Source: an uncultured Clostridia bacterium (GTDB lineage: Bacteria; Bacillota; Clostridia; TANB77; CAG-508). From it: a stretch of 40,000 nt of DNA. Of the stretch, positions 1-10,458 are shown piece by piece (within the stretch, counting starts at the first letter, position 1; each line of letters opens with the position of its first letter). The stretch lies in contig CALXYJ010000003.1 of assembly GCA_944392945.1 (NCBI GenBank), positions 93,189 to 133,188 of the forward strand, written 5' to 3'. Made by a program: the position numbers and the translations under genes. Below the pieces are notes generated by a model, which saw only the letters and a program-made list of their open reading frames with translations, searched no databases and had not been told where the DNA came from.

Positions 1-808
1 AAGATGTTAATATTGTTCTTCCCTTTTTAGTCTTTAAATTATTAAAGCTAAGAGATAAAGATGTTAGAAATGACATTGAAGTTTTCCCTAATTTTTTATG
101 AATTGGCTTTTCTCGCTCTTCATTATCTACTATACAAGGATTAGTATCAGAACGTATTTTTCCATCTCTTAAATTTACGATACGTGTAGCATACCTTTCT
201 GCTAATTCTGGATTATGTGTTACCATTATTACTAAACGATCTTTGGCAACTTCTTTTAATAGATTCATAACTTGAATACTAGTATCACTATCTAAAGCTC
301 CTGTTGGCTCATCTGCCAGCACAATATCTGGATCATTTACTAACGCTCTTGCAATAGCCACTCTTTGCATTTGTCCACCTGACAACTGATTTGGTTTTTT
401 ATGAAGTTGATTCGCAAGTCCAACTTGTTCAAGAGCTTTTATTGCTTTCTGTCTACGTTTATTTCTAGATACTCCAGAAATAGTTAGGGCTAATTCTACA
501 TTCGCTAAAATCGTTTGATGTGGTATTAAATTATAACTTTGGAATACAAAGCCAATTGTATGATTTCTATAAGAATCCCAATCTCTGTCTTTATAATTTT
601 TAGTAGAAATTCCATTAATTATTAAATCACCTTTATCATAACGATCTAAACCTCCAATAATATTTAGAAGAGTAGTTTTTCCAGAACCGCTTGGACCAAG
701 AATTGCAACAAATTCATTATCTCTAAAATTCAAACTTACATTATCTAAAGCTTTTTGTACTAAGCCTCCTGTTTTATATTCTTTATAAATGTTTTTAACT
801 TGTAACAT
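1..808 (-). CDS. ABC transporter, fused ATP-binding domain + FtsX-type permease (MacB-like); 3' part lies outside the window
   Basis: Absent from the ORF track because no stop lies in the window. My translation from ATG (806-808, minus) reads MLQVKNIYKEYKTGGLVQKALDNVSLNFRDNEFVAILGPSGSGKTTLLN (Walker A), later PNQLSGGQMQR (signature). It stays open to nt 2 and ends KLGKTSMSFLTSLSLSFNNLKTKKGRTILTS, which looks like the start of the permease. Confidence 0.85.
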   Translation of the reverse strand, partial: MLQVKNIYKEYKTGGLVQKALDNVSLNFRDNEFVAILGPSGSGKTTLLNIIGGLDRYDKGDLIINGISTKNYKDRDWDSYRNHTIGFVFQSYNLIPHQTILANVELALTISGVSRNKRRQKAIKALEQVGLANQLHKKPNQLSGGQMQRVAIARALVNDPDIVLADEPTGALDSDTSIQVMNLLKEVAKDRLVIMVTHNPELAERYATRIVNLRDGKIRSDTNPCIVDNEEREKPIHKKLGKTSMSFLTSLSLSFNNLKTKKGRTILTS

Positions 809-1073
809 ATTCTATCTCCTGTCTTATAAAAATATTTATATACATATTTAAATTTGGATATTCATATTGTACCATAATTTTTATTTTTATCTAGTAATTT
901 TATAAATATTATAATTATATTTATGTATTGATGAAATAATATAATTATTTATATAGTATTAAATTTGGTTTATTTTTACATTTGCATATAGTAGTGTATT
1001 TGGAATAACTGCTTTAACTATTCATTTATTTTCTAAAAATAATAGGGATTATAAAGAACTTAAAAATATATGC

Positions 1074-1106
1074 AAAAAACACCGAAAAAAATTAACGGTG
1101 TTTTTT
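1074..1106 (-). terminator. Weak intrinsic terminator downstream of the carboxypeptidase gene
   Basis: CACCG (1080-1084) / CGGTG (1096-1100) stem extended by an A-run and a T-run. A T-tract follows on the minus strand. Confidence 0.4.
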
Positions 1107-1194
1107 ATTTTATTATAATCTATAGATTTTTACGTATATAATAAATATATATGTACAATTATTAAGCAGTCTATATAAAATAAAGGCATTTTCG

Positions 1195-2133
1195 CTATTT
1201 TAAATAATCTGATTCATCTATTGTCTTTATAATATATGTAACATCATCATATCTAGAAGTATCTGATTGTGATCCTAAGCTACAAATTAAAAATTCTTTA
1301 TTATGCATTTTATAAAGTACCACTAAATTATAGTCATCAGATAATGAGCCTGTTTTTACTCCAATTACATTTTTATTATAATATTCTGACGTTGAATCAA
1401 GGAAAGTATTTGTATTTTTCCAGGTTTGTGTACTTCCATCAGGTAAAGTTGCTGTATATGAGACTTTAGATATAATATCTCTAAACCATTGATTTTCTAA
1501 TAATTTTTCTACAACTTTTTTTAAATCTAATACTGTGGTTCGTGCATCCATATCATAACCACTTGGATCATATAAAATTGTATCTGTATATTTTTGTTCT
1601 TTTAAATAATTATTTAGTTTGTCCATAAAAATTTCTATACGTTGTTTACTGGTTGTAGAATCTGGTGAAAGAATACTTCCACAATAGTCAGCAAGTGCAT
1701 ATGCAGCATCATTCCCAGATGGTACTAACATTGCAGCAAATAAATTATGTATATAATATTTTTTTGCCTTAATATTTGCTACTGATGAACCTTGTTTAGT
1801 TAAAGAAAGTGCTTCTTGATTTACTTTAACAATATCATCTAAATCTGTTAATGTTGTTGCATATTCTATAACAAATAATTTAGCTAAACTTGCTGGTAAT
1901 TCTTTTTCTTTTGGATTTTTAGACATAAAATTTTCATTATTCGATAAATCTACCAACAGAAGCGATTTAGCATTATATGAATCCTTCATATTTATTCCAT
2001 ATATATATGATTCAATTTTTTGTTTTGCTTCTCTAAAATTTTCCGGTTGCATTGCCCATGCCAAAAATGCCAAAATCATAAATAATATAATTAAAATAAA
2101 CTTTAAATGTTTCCTTTTTGTTTTATGTTTCAT
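1195..2133 (-). CDS. Serine-type D-alanyl-D-alanine carboxypeptidase (peptidase S11, PBP5-like) with N-terminal membrane anchor/signal
   Basis: SxxK (ASLAK), SxN (PSGND) and KTG (VKTGS) motifs in the right order. Hydrophobic N-terminus. Confidence 0.85.
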   Translation of the reverse strand: MKHKTKRKHLKFILIILFMILAFLAWAMQPENFREAKQKIESYIYGINMKDSYNAKSLLLVDLSNNENFMSKNPKEKELPASLAKLFVIEYATTLTDLDDIVKVNQEALSLTKQGSSVANIKAKKYYIHNLFAAMLVPSGNDAAYALADYCGSILSPDSTTSKQRIEIFMDKLNNYLKEQKYTDTILYDPSGYDMDARTTVLDLKKVVEKLLENQWFRDIISKVSYTATLPDGSTQTWKNTNTFLDSTSEYYNKNVIGVKTGSLSDDYNLVVLYKMHNKEFLICSLGSQSDTSRYDDVTYIIKTIDESDYLK

Positions 2134-2335
2134 AGTAAAACTCCTTTTAGTAAATTATACATATAACATAAAAAAGAAACAATTAAGGTTTTCTTAATTT
2201 TTTATTTAGTAAATTATTTCTCTTACTAGGAGAAATTTATGTACTAAATAATTATAGCAAATGTAAGATTTTCTAACATTGCTAATATGTAGAAAGTCTT
2301 ACATTGTTAATTTTTATTACTCTTAGACAATTTAT

Positions 2336-4954
2336 CTACAGCCATTCTTTATTCTTTTTTAAGTAAATTTTTTTATATATTTGAATACATAAAGCATAAA
2401 TACATAACATAATTAACATCCACAATATATATTCATAAGGTAATTTTCTTAAATCAAATATTGTTGCAATATTTGTAAAAGTAATTAATAACGTGATAAG
2501 AGTTATTGTAAATGTAGATATAATCAATTGTTTAGAAGATTTACTTTGAATAAAAGGTATTTTATGTGTTCTAATCATATGAATTATTAAAGTTTGTGAT
2601 ATTATGCCGAAAGCAAACCATCCAGTTTGGAATAATACTGCTTTTTCTAAAGTATTAAATCCAAAAACAAACCATAAAACTAAAAAACATATTATATCTA
2701 ATATTGTACTAATAGTTCCAAAAACAAACATGAACTTTTTAATTCCTTTTGTGTCCCATTTTTTCGGCTTTTGTATATACTCTTTATCAACATTATCAAA
2801 TGGCATTCCCATTTGTGCAAAATCGCATAATAAATTTTGAATTAATATATGAATTGGTAGAAGAGGTAAAAATGGTAAAAACATACTTGCAATTATTACA
2901 GATAACATATTTCCAAAATTTCCACTTGTAGCCATTTTTATATACTTTAAAACATTAGTAAAAGTCTTTCTTCCATTGATTACACCTTCTTCTAATACAT
3001 TTAAATCTTTTTCTAGCAATATAATATCTGCTGTTTCCTTTGCAATATCTACTGCTGTATCTACTGATATTCCAACATCTGCTTGTTTTAATGGAGGACT
3101 ATCATTTATTCCATCTCCCATGTATCCAACAGTATTTCCGTTTTCTTGATAAATCCTAACAATTCTTTGCTTTTGTATTGGAGAAAGTTTGGAATATAAA
3201 TGACAATTTGGAGCTTTTTTCTTTAATTCTTCATCAGTCATATTTTCTATATCTTTCCCTGTTAATCTATTTTCTACTTTAATTCCTACCTTTCTACATA
3301 CGTTAAGAGCAACACCTTCACTATCACCAGTTAATACAACTGTATCTACTCCATGTCTTTTTAAAGCAGAAATTGCCTCATTTGCACTAGCTTTTGGAGG
3401 ATCTAAAAATCCTACAAAACCTATTAATACCATTTCTGATTCATCTTGTACACCAAATGTTTCTATTCCATGAATATCATTTTTCTGTGCGATTGCTAAA
3501 ACTCTTAACCCATCTTGATTATGTCTTTCATAGATATTATATACGTCTTTTTTTAATTTTGGAGTCATCTTCTCTACTTTCCCATTTATCTCAATAAATG
3601 AACAAATATCAATAATTTCATCTACTGCTCCTTTAGTTATTAATTGTCTTTTACCATTATCATCTTTCAAAACAACACTCATTCTTCTTCGTGAAAAATC
3701 AAATGGTATTTCATCTTCAGCAACATATTTTTCTTTTAGGATATTTAATTTTTCTTTTTCAGCTCTTTTTATAATTGCAACATCTATTAAATTCTTTAAA
3801 CCTGTTTGAAAATAGCTATTCAAGAACGCATGTTTCAAAACTCTTATATTTTCATTACCTGTTACATCCATATACTTTTCTAGTACAATTTCATCCTCAG
3901 TTAATGTCCCTGTTTTATCTGTACACAAAATATTCATTTCTCCAAAAGTCTGAATAGCACTTAATCTTTTTACAATCGTTTTCTTCTTAGACATATCAAC
4001 TGCACCTTTTGCCATTGCCTGCGTCATAATAACAGGTAGCATTTCTGGTGTTAAACCAACTGCTATAGTTATAGCAAAAATTAATGATGACCACCAATCT
4101 GCCTTAGTTAATAAGTTTATAATTAATATAATTGGTAACATAACTAACATAAATTTAATTAATAACTTACTTACTTCATCAATGCCCTTTTCAAAACTAT
4201 TCTTTTCATTGACACTAAATAAAGATTTAGCCATATTTCCAAAATATGTGTTATTTCCTGTAAATAATACCATTGCAGTAGCAGTGCCACTTATAACATT
4301 AGTTCCCATAAATCCAATGTTTGAAATATCTGTTAAATCCTCATTTTCTTTGAAAGTACTAAATTTTTCTACAAGATTGGATTCTCCTGTTAATGAAGCT
4401 TGATCTATAAACAAATCTTTTACTTCTAAAAATCTTACATCTCCTGGTATCATATCTCCAGATGATAATTTTACAATATCTCCTGGTACAATATTTTCCA
4501 CTTCTACTATGGATGGAACCTCATCTCTTATCACATCTATTTTATTTGAAATCATATTTTTTAATTTCTTTACTGCATTATCAGACTTTGTTTCTTGCAC
4601 TATGGAAATAATGGCAGATATAATAATTGTACTTATAATTAATAAAAAGGTAGCATAATCTTTATTTGTTGCAATTATTACATCTGTTATAAAAGTTATT
4701 ATTGCAACCAAAATTAATACTGTATTAAATGGATTAATAATAGCATCTTTTAATTTATGCAAAAAGCTATTATTTACCTTTATCTCTATATTATTTTTCC
4801 CATATTCTTCTATTTTTTCATCTATTTCTACAATGCTAAGTCTTGCATATGAAGTGCCAAATTCTTTAAACAATTCATCAATTGTAATCTTACTATACTT
4901 TTTTAATTTTTCTTGAACCGTTTTCTGTTTTTCCTCAATTTTATTTTCTTTCAA
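2336..4954 (-). CDS. mgtA: Magnesium-translocating P-type ATPase
   Basis: 872 aa. Motifs TGES, the phosphorylation motif CTDKTGTLT, and the hinge MGDGINDSPPLKQADVGISV. Ten-TM-type architecture and length typical of MgtA/MgtB. Confidence 0.85.
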   Translation of the reverse strand: MKENKIEEKQKTVQEKLKKYSKITIDELFKEFGTSYARLSIVEIDEKIEEYGKNNIEIKVNNSFLHKLKDAIINPFNTVLILVAIITFITDVIIATNKDYATFLLIISTIIISAIISIVQETKSDNAVKKLKNMISNKIDVIRDEVPSIVEVENIVPGDIVKLSSGDMIPGDVRFLEVKDLFIDQASLTGESNLVEKFSTFKENEDLTDISNIGFMGTNVISGTATAMVLFTGNNTYFGNMAKSLFSVNEKNSFEKGIDEVSKLLIKFMLVMLPIILIINLLTKADWWSSLIFAITIAVGLTPEMLPVIMTQAMAKGAVDMSKKKTIVKRLSAIQTFGEMNILCTDKTGTLTEDEIVLEKYMDVTGNENIRVLKHAFLNSYFQTGLKNLIDVAIIKRAEKEKLNILKEKYVAEDEIPFDFSRRRMSVVLKDDNGKRQLITKGAVDEIIDICSFIEINGKVEKMTPKLKKDVYNIYERHNQDGLRVLAIAQKNDIHGIETFGVQDESEMVLIGFVGFLDPPKASANEAISALKRHGVDTVVLTGDSEGVALNVCRKVGIKVENRLTGKDIENMTDEELKKKAPNCHLYSKLSPIQKQRIVRIYQENGNTVGYMGDGINDSPPLKQADVGISVDTAVDIAKETADIILLEKDLNVLEEGVINGRKTFTNVLKYIKMATSGNFGNMLSVIIASMFLPFLPLLPIHILIQNLLCDFAQMGMPFDNVDKEYIQKPKKWDTKGIKKFMFVFGTISTILDIICFLVLWFVFGFNTLEKAVLFQTGWFAFGIISQTLIIHMIRTHKIPFIQSKSSKQLIISTFTITLITLLITFTNIATIFDLRKLPYEYILWMLIMLCIYALCIQIYKKIYLKKNKEWL

Positions 4955-5007
4955 TTTTTACACCTCTTTTCTATTTATTAGTAGTTATCACATATTTATA
5001 ATATCAT

Positions 5008-5056
5008 AAAAAAAGAATTATTTTATACCTAAAATTTTATAAAACAATTCTTTTTT
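5008..5056 (-). terminator. AT-rich hairpin terminator just after the MATE fusion gene
   Basis: AAAAAAGAATTATTTTATA / TATAAAACAATTCTTTTTT, about a 19-bp stem with one mismatch. A T-run follows on the minus strand. Abuts stop codon 5058-5060. Confidence 0.5.
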
Positions 5057-5057
5057 A

Positions 5058-7022
5058 CTAGTCATTTTCTAAAAATAATGTTATTCTATTTTTTACAAAA
5101 TCGCAAATAATATTAGCAACTTTTTCATTTCCTATCTGACAATCAATACAAAGGTCATAATTTAATTTATCTCCCCATACTTGGTTTGAAATAAGTTCAT
5201 AATAATTAGCTCTAGATTTATCAGACTGTATAGCATATTTTTTTGCTTCTTTAACATTATCTTTATAAATTTCTTCTATCTTGCTAATTCTATATTCTAG
5301 AGGTGCATATAAGAATATACTAATTAAATTTGGATTATCCTTTAAAATATAGTCAGCAGCTCTACCTACAATTACACAATTTCCACTATTTGCAATCTCC
5401 TTTATTACTTTTGCTTGCTTTATAATAGCTCCTTTATTTGCATCTAATGAAAGGAAATCTCTATATAAAGATTCTTCATCATTTTTATTTTCGACTAAAG
5501 CATTTTTTACAGCAAATTCTTTAATTTCTTCTTTGGCATAAAATCGTATTCCTAATTGCTTTGCAACTTTTCTTGCAATTTCTTTACCATTTGTACCATG
5601 TTCACGAGAAATCGCAATAACGAGATTTTTAGCACTCTCTGTTATTTTTATACCTTCCACTTTTTCTTTATATGATTTCTTTAATATAAATAAAGATATA
5701 ATTGCTGTTAAAACCTCTGCAATTGGGAAAGTCCACCAAACAATATTTGTAACATTATCTGATAAAGTAAATAAATATGCTATTGGGAATACAAATATAA
5801 CTAGTCTTAACAGAGATATCCATAATGGTCTTCCTGCATATCCTAAAGATTGTAAAATCCCTTGTACAGCAACAGAAAATCCCATAAAAATATATCCAAT
5901 ACTTGCAATTCTAAGTGCTGTAACACAAATATTAATAATTTCTGTTGTACTGCCTCCTGCTAAGCCAAATAAATTTGATAAAGGCCTTGCTAAAATTTCA
6001 AATATAATTGTTAATATAAATGTAACAATTAAAGTATCAATAATTCCATATTTAATACAATCATCTATTCTTCCCTTATCTTTTAAGCCATAATTAAATG
6101 ATAAAATAGAAATAATTGTATTTGATAAACCAAATGCAGAAAATAATGCTATTTGTTGAACTTTATAGTATATTCCAAATGAACCTACTAAAATTGTTTG
6201 ATCAGCATGTGCTAAATTAAGTATGGCGTTCATTCCTGCCATCATAACTGCAAGTAATCCCTGCATTATGGCTGCAGATATACCAATATTATAGATACCT
6301 TTAATTATATTAATATCTGGTTTTATATATTTTATATTTCCGTTTATTTCTTTATTTAATGAATAATGGAATATCATCGCAAGTACTAAAGAAACAATTT
6401 GTCCTATTACAGTAGCCCATGCAGCTCCTGCTACTCCCATTCCTAATGGAAATATAAAAACATAATCTAATACAATATTTGTAAGTGCTCCTGATATTTG
6501 TGCTATTGTTGAAAATATAGTCTTACCGGTTGACTGTAAAAACCTTTCATAAACTGTATAACCAATAGACCCTATTGATACACAAGTACAAATTTGTAAA
6601 TAGGTTGTTCCCATAGAAATAACTTCTTCGTTCCCACCAGCAAACAATGAGATAAACCATTTAGAGCCAAATATTCCAAATAATAAAAATACAAAAAATA
6701 TACATATGCTAAGAAAAATTCCATTTCCAGCTACTTTGTTAACTTTTTCGTTATCTTTTTCGCCAAGACTCTTTGATAATAACGCATTTAATCCAACACC
6801 TGTACCTACACCAACAGCAATAATTAATATTTGTATAGGAAAAGCCAGTGTTAAAGCTTGATTAGCCAATGCACCCTTTTCTCCCATATTTGTTACAAAT
6901 ATACTATCAACAACATTGTATAATGCTTGTAGCACCATAGATATTATCATAGGTAAACCCATTTTCCAAAACAACTTCTTCATAGGTGCGACAGCCATTT
7001 TATTTTGTTTTACTTCTTCCAT
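5058..7022 (-). CDS. MATE-family efflux transporter fused to a C-terminal cytidylate-kinase-like (PF13189-type) domain
   Basis: I prefer the start at ATG 7020-7022 (MEEVKQNK), with GGAGGAG about 4 nt upstream, over the track start at 7094. The N-terminal ~460 aa are polytopic MATE-like. The last 190 aa (about 5061-5630) read KNLVIAISREHGTNGKEIARKVAKQLGIRFY...VIVGRAADYIL and resemble stand-alone cytidylate-kinase-like proteins. Confidence 0.75.
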   Translation of the reverse strand: MEEVKQNKMAVAPMKKLFWKMGLPMIISMVLQALYNVVDSIFVTNMGEKGALANQALTLAFPIQILIIAVGVGTGVGLNALLSKSLGEKDNEKVNKVAGNGIFLSICIFFVFLLFGIFGSKWFISLFAGGNEEVISMGTTYLQICTCVSIGSIGYTVYERFLQSTGKTIFSTIAQISGALTNIVLDYVFIFPLGMGVAGAAWATVIGQIVSLVLAMIFHYSLNKEINGNIKYIKPDINIIKGIYNIGISAAIMQGLLAVMMAGMNAILNLAHADQTILVGSFGIYYKVQQIALFSAFGLSNTIISILSFNYGLKDKGRIDDCIKYGIIDTLIVTFILTIIFEILARPLSNLFGLAGGSTTEIINICVTALRIASIGYIFMGFSVAVQGILQSLGYAGRPLWISLLRLVIFVFPIAYLFTLSDNVTNIVWWTFPIAEVLTAIISLFILKKSYKEKVEGIKITESAKNLVIAISREHGTNGKEIARKVAKQLGIRFYAKEEIKEFAVKNALVENKNDEESLYRDFLSLDANKGAIIKQAKVIKEIANSGNCVIVGRAADYILKDNPNLISIFLYAPLEYRISKIEEIYKDNVKEAKKYAIQSDKSRANYYELISNQVWGDKLNYDLCIDCQIGNEKVANIICDFVKNRITLFLEND

Positions 7023-7144
7023 AACTCCTCCTTCTATCTTTACATAAAAAAATAAGGCATAAATCCAACAACTGGATTTACGCCTTTTAGCCACACGCCT
7101 GTTTGTATTCTAACATATTTTTTTTGTTTTTACAAGTTTAATTT

Positions 7145-8860
7145 TTAAATTTTAGCATTTAATTTTTCTATTACTTCTAAATTAGCCTGTCTTTTTATTT
7201 TGCTGGTTGTAGTTTTTATTAATGGTTCTTCAGAAATTAGTATTCCCCTTATAGCTTTATATTTTGGCATTACTTTATTTACTTCTTTAATTTTATCTGC
7301 TAAAACCTTATAAATTTCTTCATCTGTTTCTACTTTATATGCTTCTTTCATAATTTCTCTGTCAAATATAATCTTTACATTTATTTTTATATCTTCTTTA
7401 TCATCAGATTGTTGTTTTCCAAATATAAAGGATTCTTTTACACCTTCTATTTTATTTACTAATGCTTCCATTTCTTCTGGAAATATATTTTTACCATTTT
7501 TTAAAACAATTACACTCTTTTTTCTTCCACAAATAAATATATAACCATCTTCATCCATTTTAGCTAAATCACCTGTATGGAACCATCCATCTTCCATTAC
7601 TTCCTCTGTAGCTTTTTTATCATTATAATATCCAAGCATAACATTTGGTCCTTTTACAACTAATTCTCCCATACCTTCATCATTCGCATCATCAATTCTT
7701 GCTTGAATATGTGGAAGTGGTTTTCCTATTGAGCCAACTCTAAAGTTTTCATTTGTTTCTACACCAATAACAGGAGATGTCTCTGTTAATCCATAACCTT
7801 GGCATAAATTAACTCCCCAAGCTCTAAAAGCTTCTTCTACTTCTTTATCTAGCGCAGCAGCTCCACTAACAAATAATTTTATATTTCCACCAAATATATT
7901 ATGAATATCTTTAAATATTTCTTTTTTCTCTGCCATTGTTTTGTCTTTGTTTGCTTCCATAAGTTTCTTAACTGCTTCAAGTTTTCCTTCTTTTTCTAGA
8001 GTTTTTATTATATTTTTATACATACTCTCATAAATTGCAGGAACAAATGATGTAAATGTTATTTTATATTCATTTAAATTTTGTACTATATGTCTTATTC
8101 CTTCACAAAAAGATCTTTCTGCTCCTATATATAATGAATATAGCATACCAACAGTACATTCAAATACGTGGTGCAAAGGTAAAAAAGATAATATTCTGTC
8201 ATTTGAATTTATATCTAATACAGATGCAAAATCCATTAGATTTGAAACTAAATTTCTATGAGAAAGTGCTACTACTTTTGATTTTGATGTTGTTCCTGAT
8301 GTAAATAACATAATATTCATTTCTTCTGGATTTATTTTAGCATCTAAAAATTCTCTATTTCCGGCATCAATTAATTCTTTTCCCTTTTCTATTAATTCTT
8401 TTTGTGAATAAATTCCTTCTTTATGTACATCTGAATCCATAGATATTAAATGTTTTAATTTATTTTTATCATCATATTTTATTTTTTCAACAGTTTCTTC
8501 ATATTTTTTTGTATAAAAAATTGCTTCAACTTCTGATCTTTCTATTAATTCTTCTAATTCATTTGCTGGTAAAGATTTATCTAATGGAACTACAATTCCT
8601 GTACCACATACAACTGATAAATATGCAAGTTCCCATTCATATCTATTTTCACCTATAACAGCAATTCTTTTACCTTTTAATCCCAAACTAATTAATGCTG
8701 TTCCTAAATAATTTATCATATCTCTTATTTCGCTATGTGTATATGTTTTATATTTTCCTTCTTCAATTTTTATTTTGTATCCTGGTCTTTCTCCATATAA
8801 TTTTCCTGTTTTATTTAACATATCTTTTAAATCTCTTACTTCTAAAATCTCTTTGCTCAT
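7145..8860 (-). CDS. AMP-forming long-chain acyl-CoA ligase (FadD-like)
   Basis: AMP-binding motif LFTSGTTSKSK, then GYGLTE and HTGD motifs. 571 aa. Confidence 0.8.
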   Translation of the reverse strand: MSKEILEVRDLKDMLNKTGKLYGERPGYKIKIEEGKYKTYTHSEIRDMINYLGTALISLGLKGKRIAVIGENRYEWELAYLSVVCGTGIVVPLDKSLPANELEELIERSEVEAIFYTKKYEETVEKIKYDDKNKLKHLISMDSDVHKEGIYSQKELIEKGKELIDAGNREFLDAKINPEEMNIMLFTSGTTSKSKVVALSHRNLVSNLMDFASVLDINSNDRILSFLPLHHVFECTVGMLYSLYIGAERSFCEGIRHIVQNLNEYKITFTSFVPAIYESMYKNIIKTLEKEGKLEAVKKLMEANKDKTMAEKKEIFKDIHNIFGGNIKLFVSGAAALDKEVEEAFRAWGVNLCQGYGLTETSPVIGVETNENFRVGSIGKPLPHIQARIDDANDEGMGELVVKGPNVMLGYYNDKKATEEVMEDGWFHTGDLAKMDEDGYIFICGRKKSVIVLKNGKNIFPEEMEALVNKIEGVKESFIFGKQQSDDKEDIKINVKIIFDREIMKEAYKVETDEEIYKVLADKIKEVNKVMPKYKAIRGILISEEPLIKTTTSKIKRQANLEVIEKLNAKI

Positions 8861-8980
8861 TTTCTTCCCCCTACTATTGTTTTATTTAAAATATCTCGTC
8901 TATTATACCATAAAAATAATAAATGTCATCTGTTTTTTATATTATTTAATTTTCTATGTTCTTTCATCATTAAAATTTTT

Positions 8981-9670
8981 CTATTTTATTATCCATTTTA
9001 TTCCTTTTGCTACCCTTAAAATTGTATTTTGAAAATGATTTCCCACATTCATTTCGTAAATCGTTTTTATTCCTTTACTTCTGTATATTTCTTCTATTTT
9101 TATAGTATTTTCTCCAACTGTAGAAAACACTTTATTTTTGACTTTACTTTCTTTATTTCCTAATGAAAAATATATATCTTTAACATTTGGTGATATATTA
9201 TTTTTTTCAACAAAATCTACGAAATCAGGAAACCAAAATGATCCCGAAGCAGATACTATTTTTGTAAATATATTTGTTTTATATCCAGAATAAACAGAAA
9301 ATAAACCTGCTAAAGAATAACCAGCTATTGAAAAATATTTTATATTTACCTTTAAAGTATTTTTTATATATTCTTCAACAATTGGAATAATTTTATTTAT
9401 TAGTATTATTATATAGTCATCTGCTTTCCCTAGACAATCTGAAGAATCTTTATTCAATTTAGGAGCAAACCATGGTGACAAATCATTATTCCAATCTAAA
9501 TTTGATATAGCAACTAAAATGAAATTTTTACATTGTATATTAACACATTCTTTAAAAACATATTGTCCTTCATCATTATATGTATTAAGTATTACAACTG
9601 GCAATTCTTCTTCAAGATTATTGCAATAAATTTGTATATTTTTATTATCAATTATAAATTCCTTTAACAT
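8981..9670 (-). CDS. Alpha/beta-hydrolase, putative esterase family
   Basis: Nucleophile elbow GYSLAG. I prefer the start at MLKEFIID (ATG at 9670) behind TAGGAGAA over the track start at 9715. Confidence 0.6.
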   Translation of the reverse strand: MLKEFIIDNKNIQIYCNNLEEELPVVILNTYNDEGQYVFKECVNIQCKNFILVAISNLDWNNDLSPWFAPKLNKDSSDCLGKADDYIIILINKIIPIVEEYIKNTLKVNIKYFSIAGYSLAGLFSVYSGYKTNIFTKIVSASGSFWFPDFVDFVEKNNISPNVKDIYFSLGNKESKVKNKVFSTVGENTIKIEEIYRSKGIKTIYEMNVGNHFQNTILRVAKGIKWIIK

Positions 9671-9757
9671 TATAAAATATTCTCCTATGCTTGTTTTACA
9701 TTGGCATAATAACATAAAAGTATCTAATTATCAATTAAATATATTTATGTTTTGGGA

Positions 9758-10180
9758 TTAAATCTCCCATAGCATTGTATATTCTTTTTCATTAGTATTT
9801 TCATCAAACTTTTCTTCAATAATTATAAAAGCATTTTTCTTATAAAAGCTAATAGCTTTTTTATTCTTTTTATATACATTTAATGTTAATCTCTTTTTGT
9901 TTCTTTTCACTTTATTTAATAAAGCGGTTCCAATTCCTTTGTTTTGACTAGTAGTATCTATAAAAATTCCCTCAATATAATTATTATTTATTCCTATAAA
10001 ACCTTCTATCTTATTTTTATTTGTATATACATATATTTCTGAATCAGGAAGAACTTTTTTTACATATTCATAATTATTCTCCCAATATTCCTTTGAAATA
10101 AAATAATGTGCTTTTATATTTTCTTTCTTCCAAATTTGCATTATTGCATCTATATCTTTTTTATTAAATTTTTCTATCAT
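9758..10180 (-). CDS. GNAT-family N-acetyltransferase
   Basis: 140 aa. Acetyl-CoA motif QNKGIGTALL, followed by AISFYKKNAF. Confidence 0.75.
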   Translation of the reverse strand: MIEKFNKKDIDAIMQIWKKENIKAHYFISKEYWENNYEYVKKVLPDSEIYVYTNKNKIEGFIGINNNYIEGIFIDTTSQNKGIGTALLNKVKRNKKRLTLNVYKKNKKAISFYKKNAFIIIEEKFDENTNEKEYTMLWEI

Positions 10181-10289
10181 ATATTTTTTATGATTTTTAG
10201 CTAAAATTAATCATATCCTCCTTTCATTGTATAATTTATGATTAACCATATTAAAAATTATACATATAATATTCAGAGAGGTATTAGAT

Positions 10290-10446
10290 ATGCAAGATTG
10301 TGAATTTGTAATTTTTATTTCGAGTTTGGCATGTGCTATTGCTAAAGATAAATCACAAAAAGAAATAAATATTTTATCTGCTTTTTTTACTCAACTTCGG
10401 AGATACACTAGCTACTCTTTCTACATTAAGTACAGACGATAATTAA
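10290..10446 (+). pseudogene. Small clostridial-type protein (DUF6774-like, from memory) with an apparent +1 frameshift
   Basis: RBS GAGAGG upstream of ATG 10290. Frame 0 gives MQDCEFVIFISSLACAIAKDKSQKEINILSAFFTQL, then RRYTSYSFYIKYRR* (stop 10440-10442). Skipping C10398 gives ...FTQLGDTLATLSTLSTDDN* (stop 10444-10446), which matches the QLGDTLATL-type tail I recall for this family. Confidence 0.45.
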
Positions 10447-10458
10447 TTATTTATTGAT

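Noticed and set aside
4955-5057. Mg2+ (M-box) riboswitch upstream of mgtA
   Set aside because: The intergenic region is only about 100 nt and is largely taken up by the terminator hairpin of the upstream gene. There is no room for, and no sign of, the multi-helix M-box.
7023-7094. N-terminal extensions of track ORFs: 7094, 9715, 13781, 17190 (TTG), 27344, 27864, 31543, 34183.
   Set aside because: In each case an internal ATG preceded by a GGAGG-type RBS gives the family-typical N-terminus. At 17190 and 27864 a good promoter lies inside the extension.
10197-10224. Strong AAAGGAGG upstream of the GNAT gene with a 5-codon mini-ORF (MINFS*), plus short ATGATT/AATCAT repeats that suggest a translational-attenuation leader
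   Set aside because: The SD-to-ATG spacing is only 2 nt. The putative stems are 6-7 bp of pure A/T, which is common by chance here. No drug-resistance identity can be assigned to the GNAT. The evidence is insufficient.
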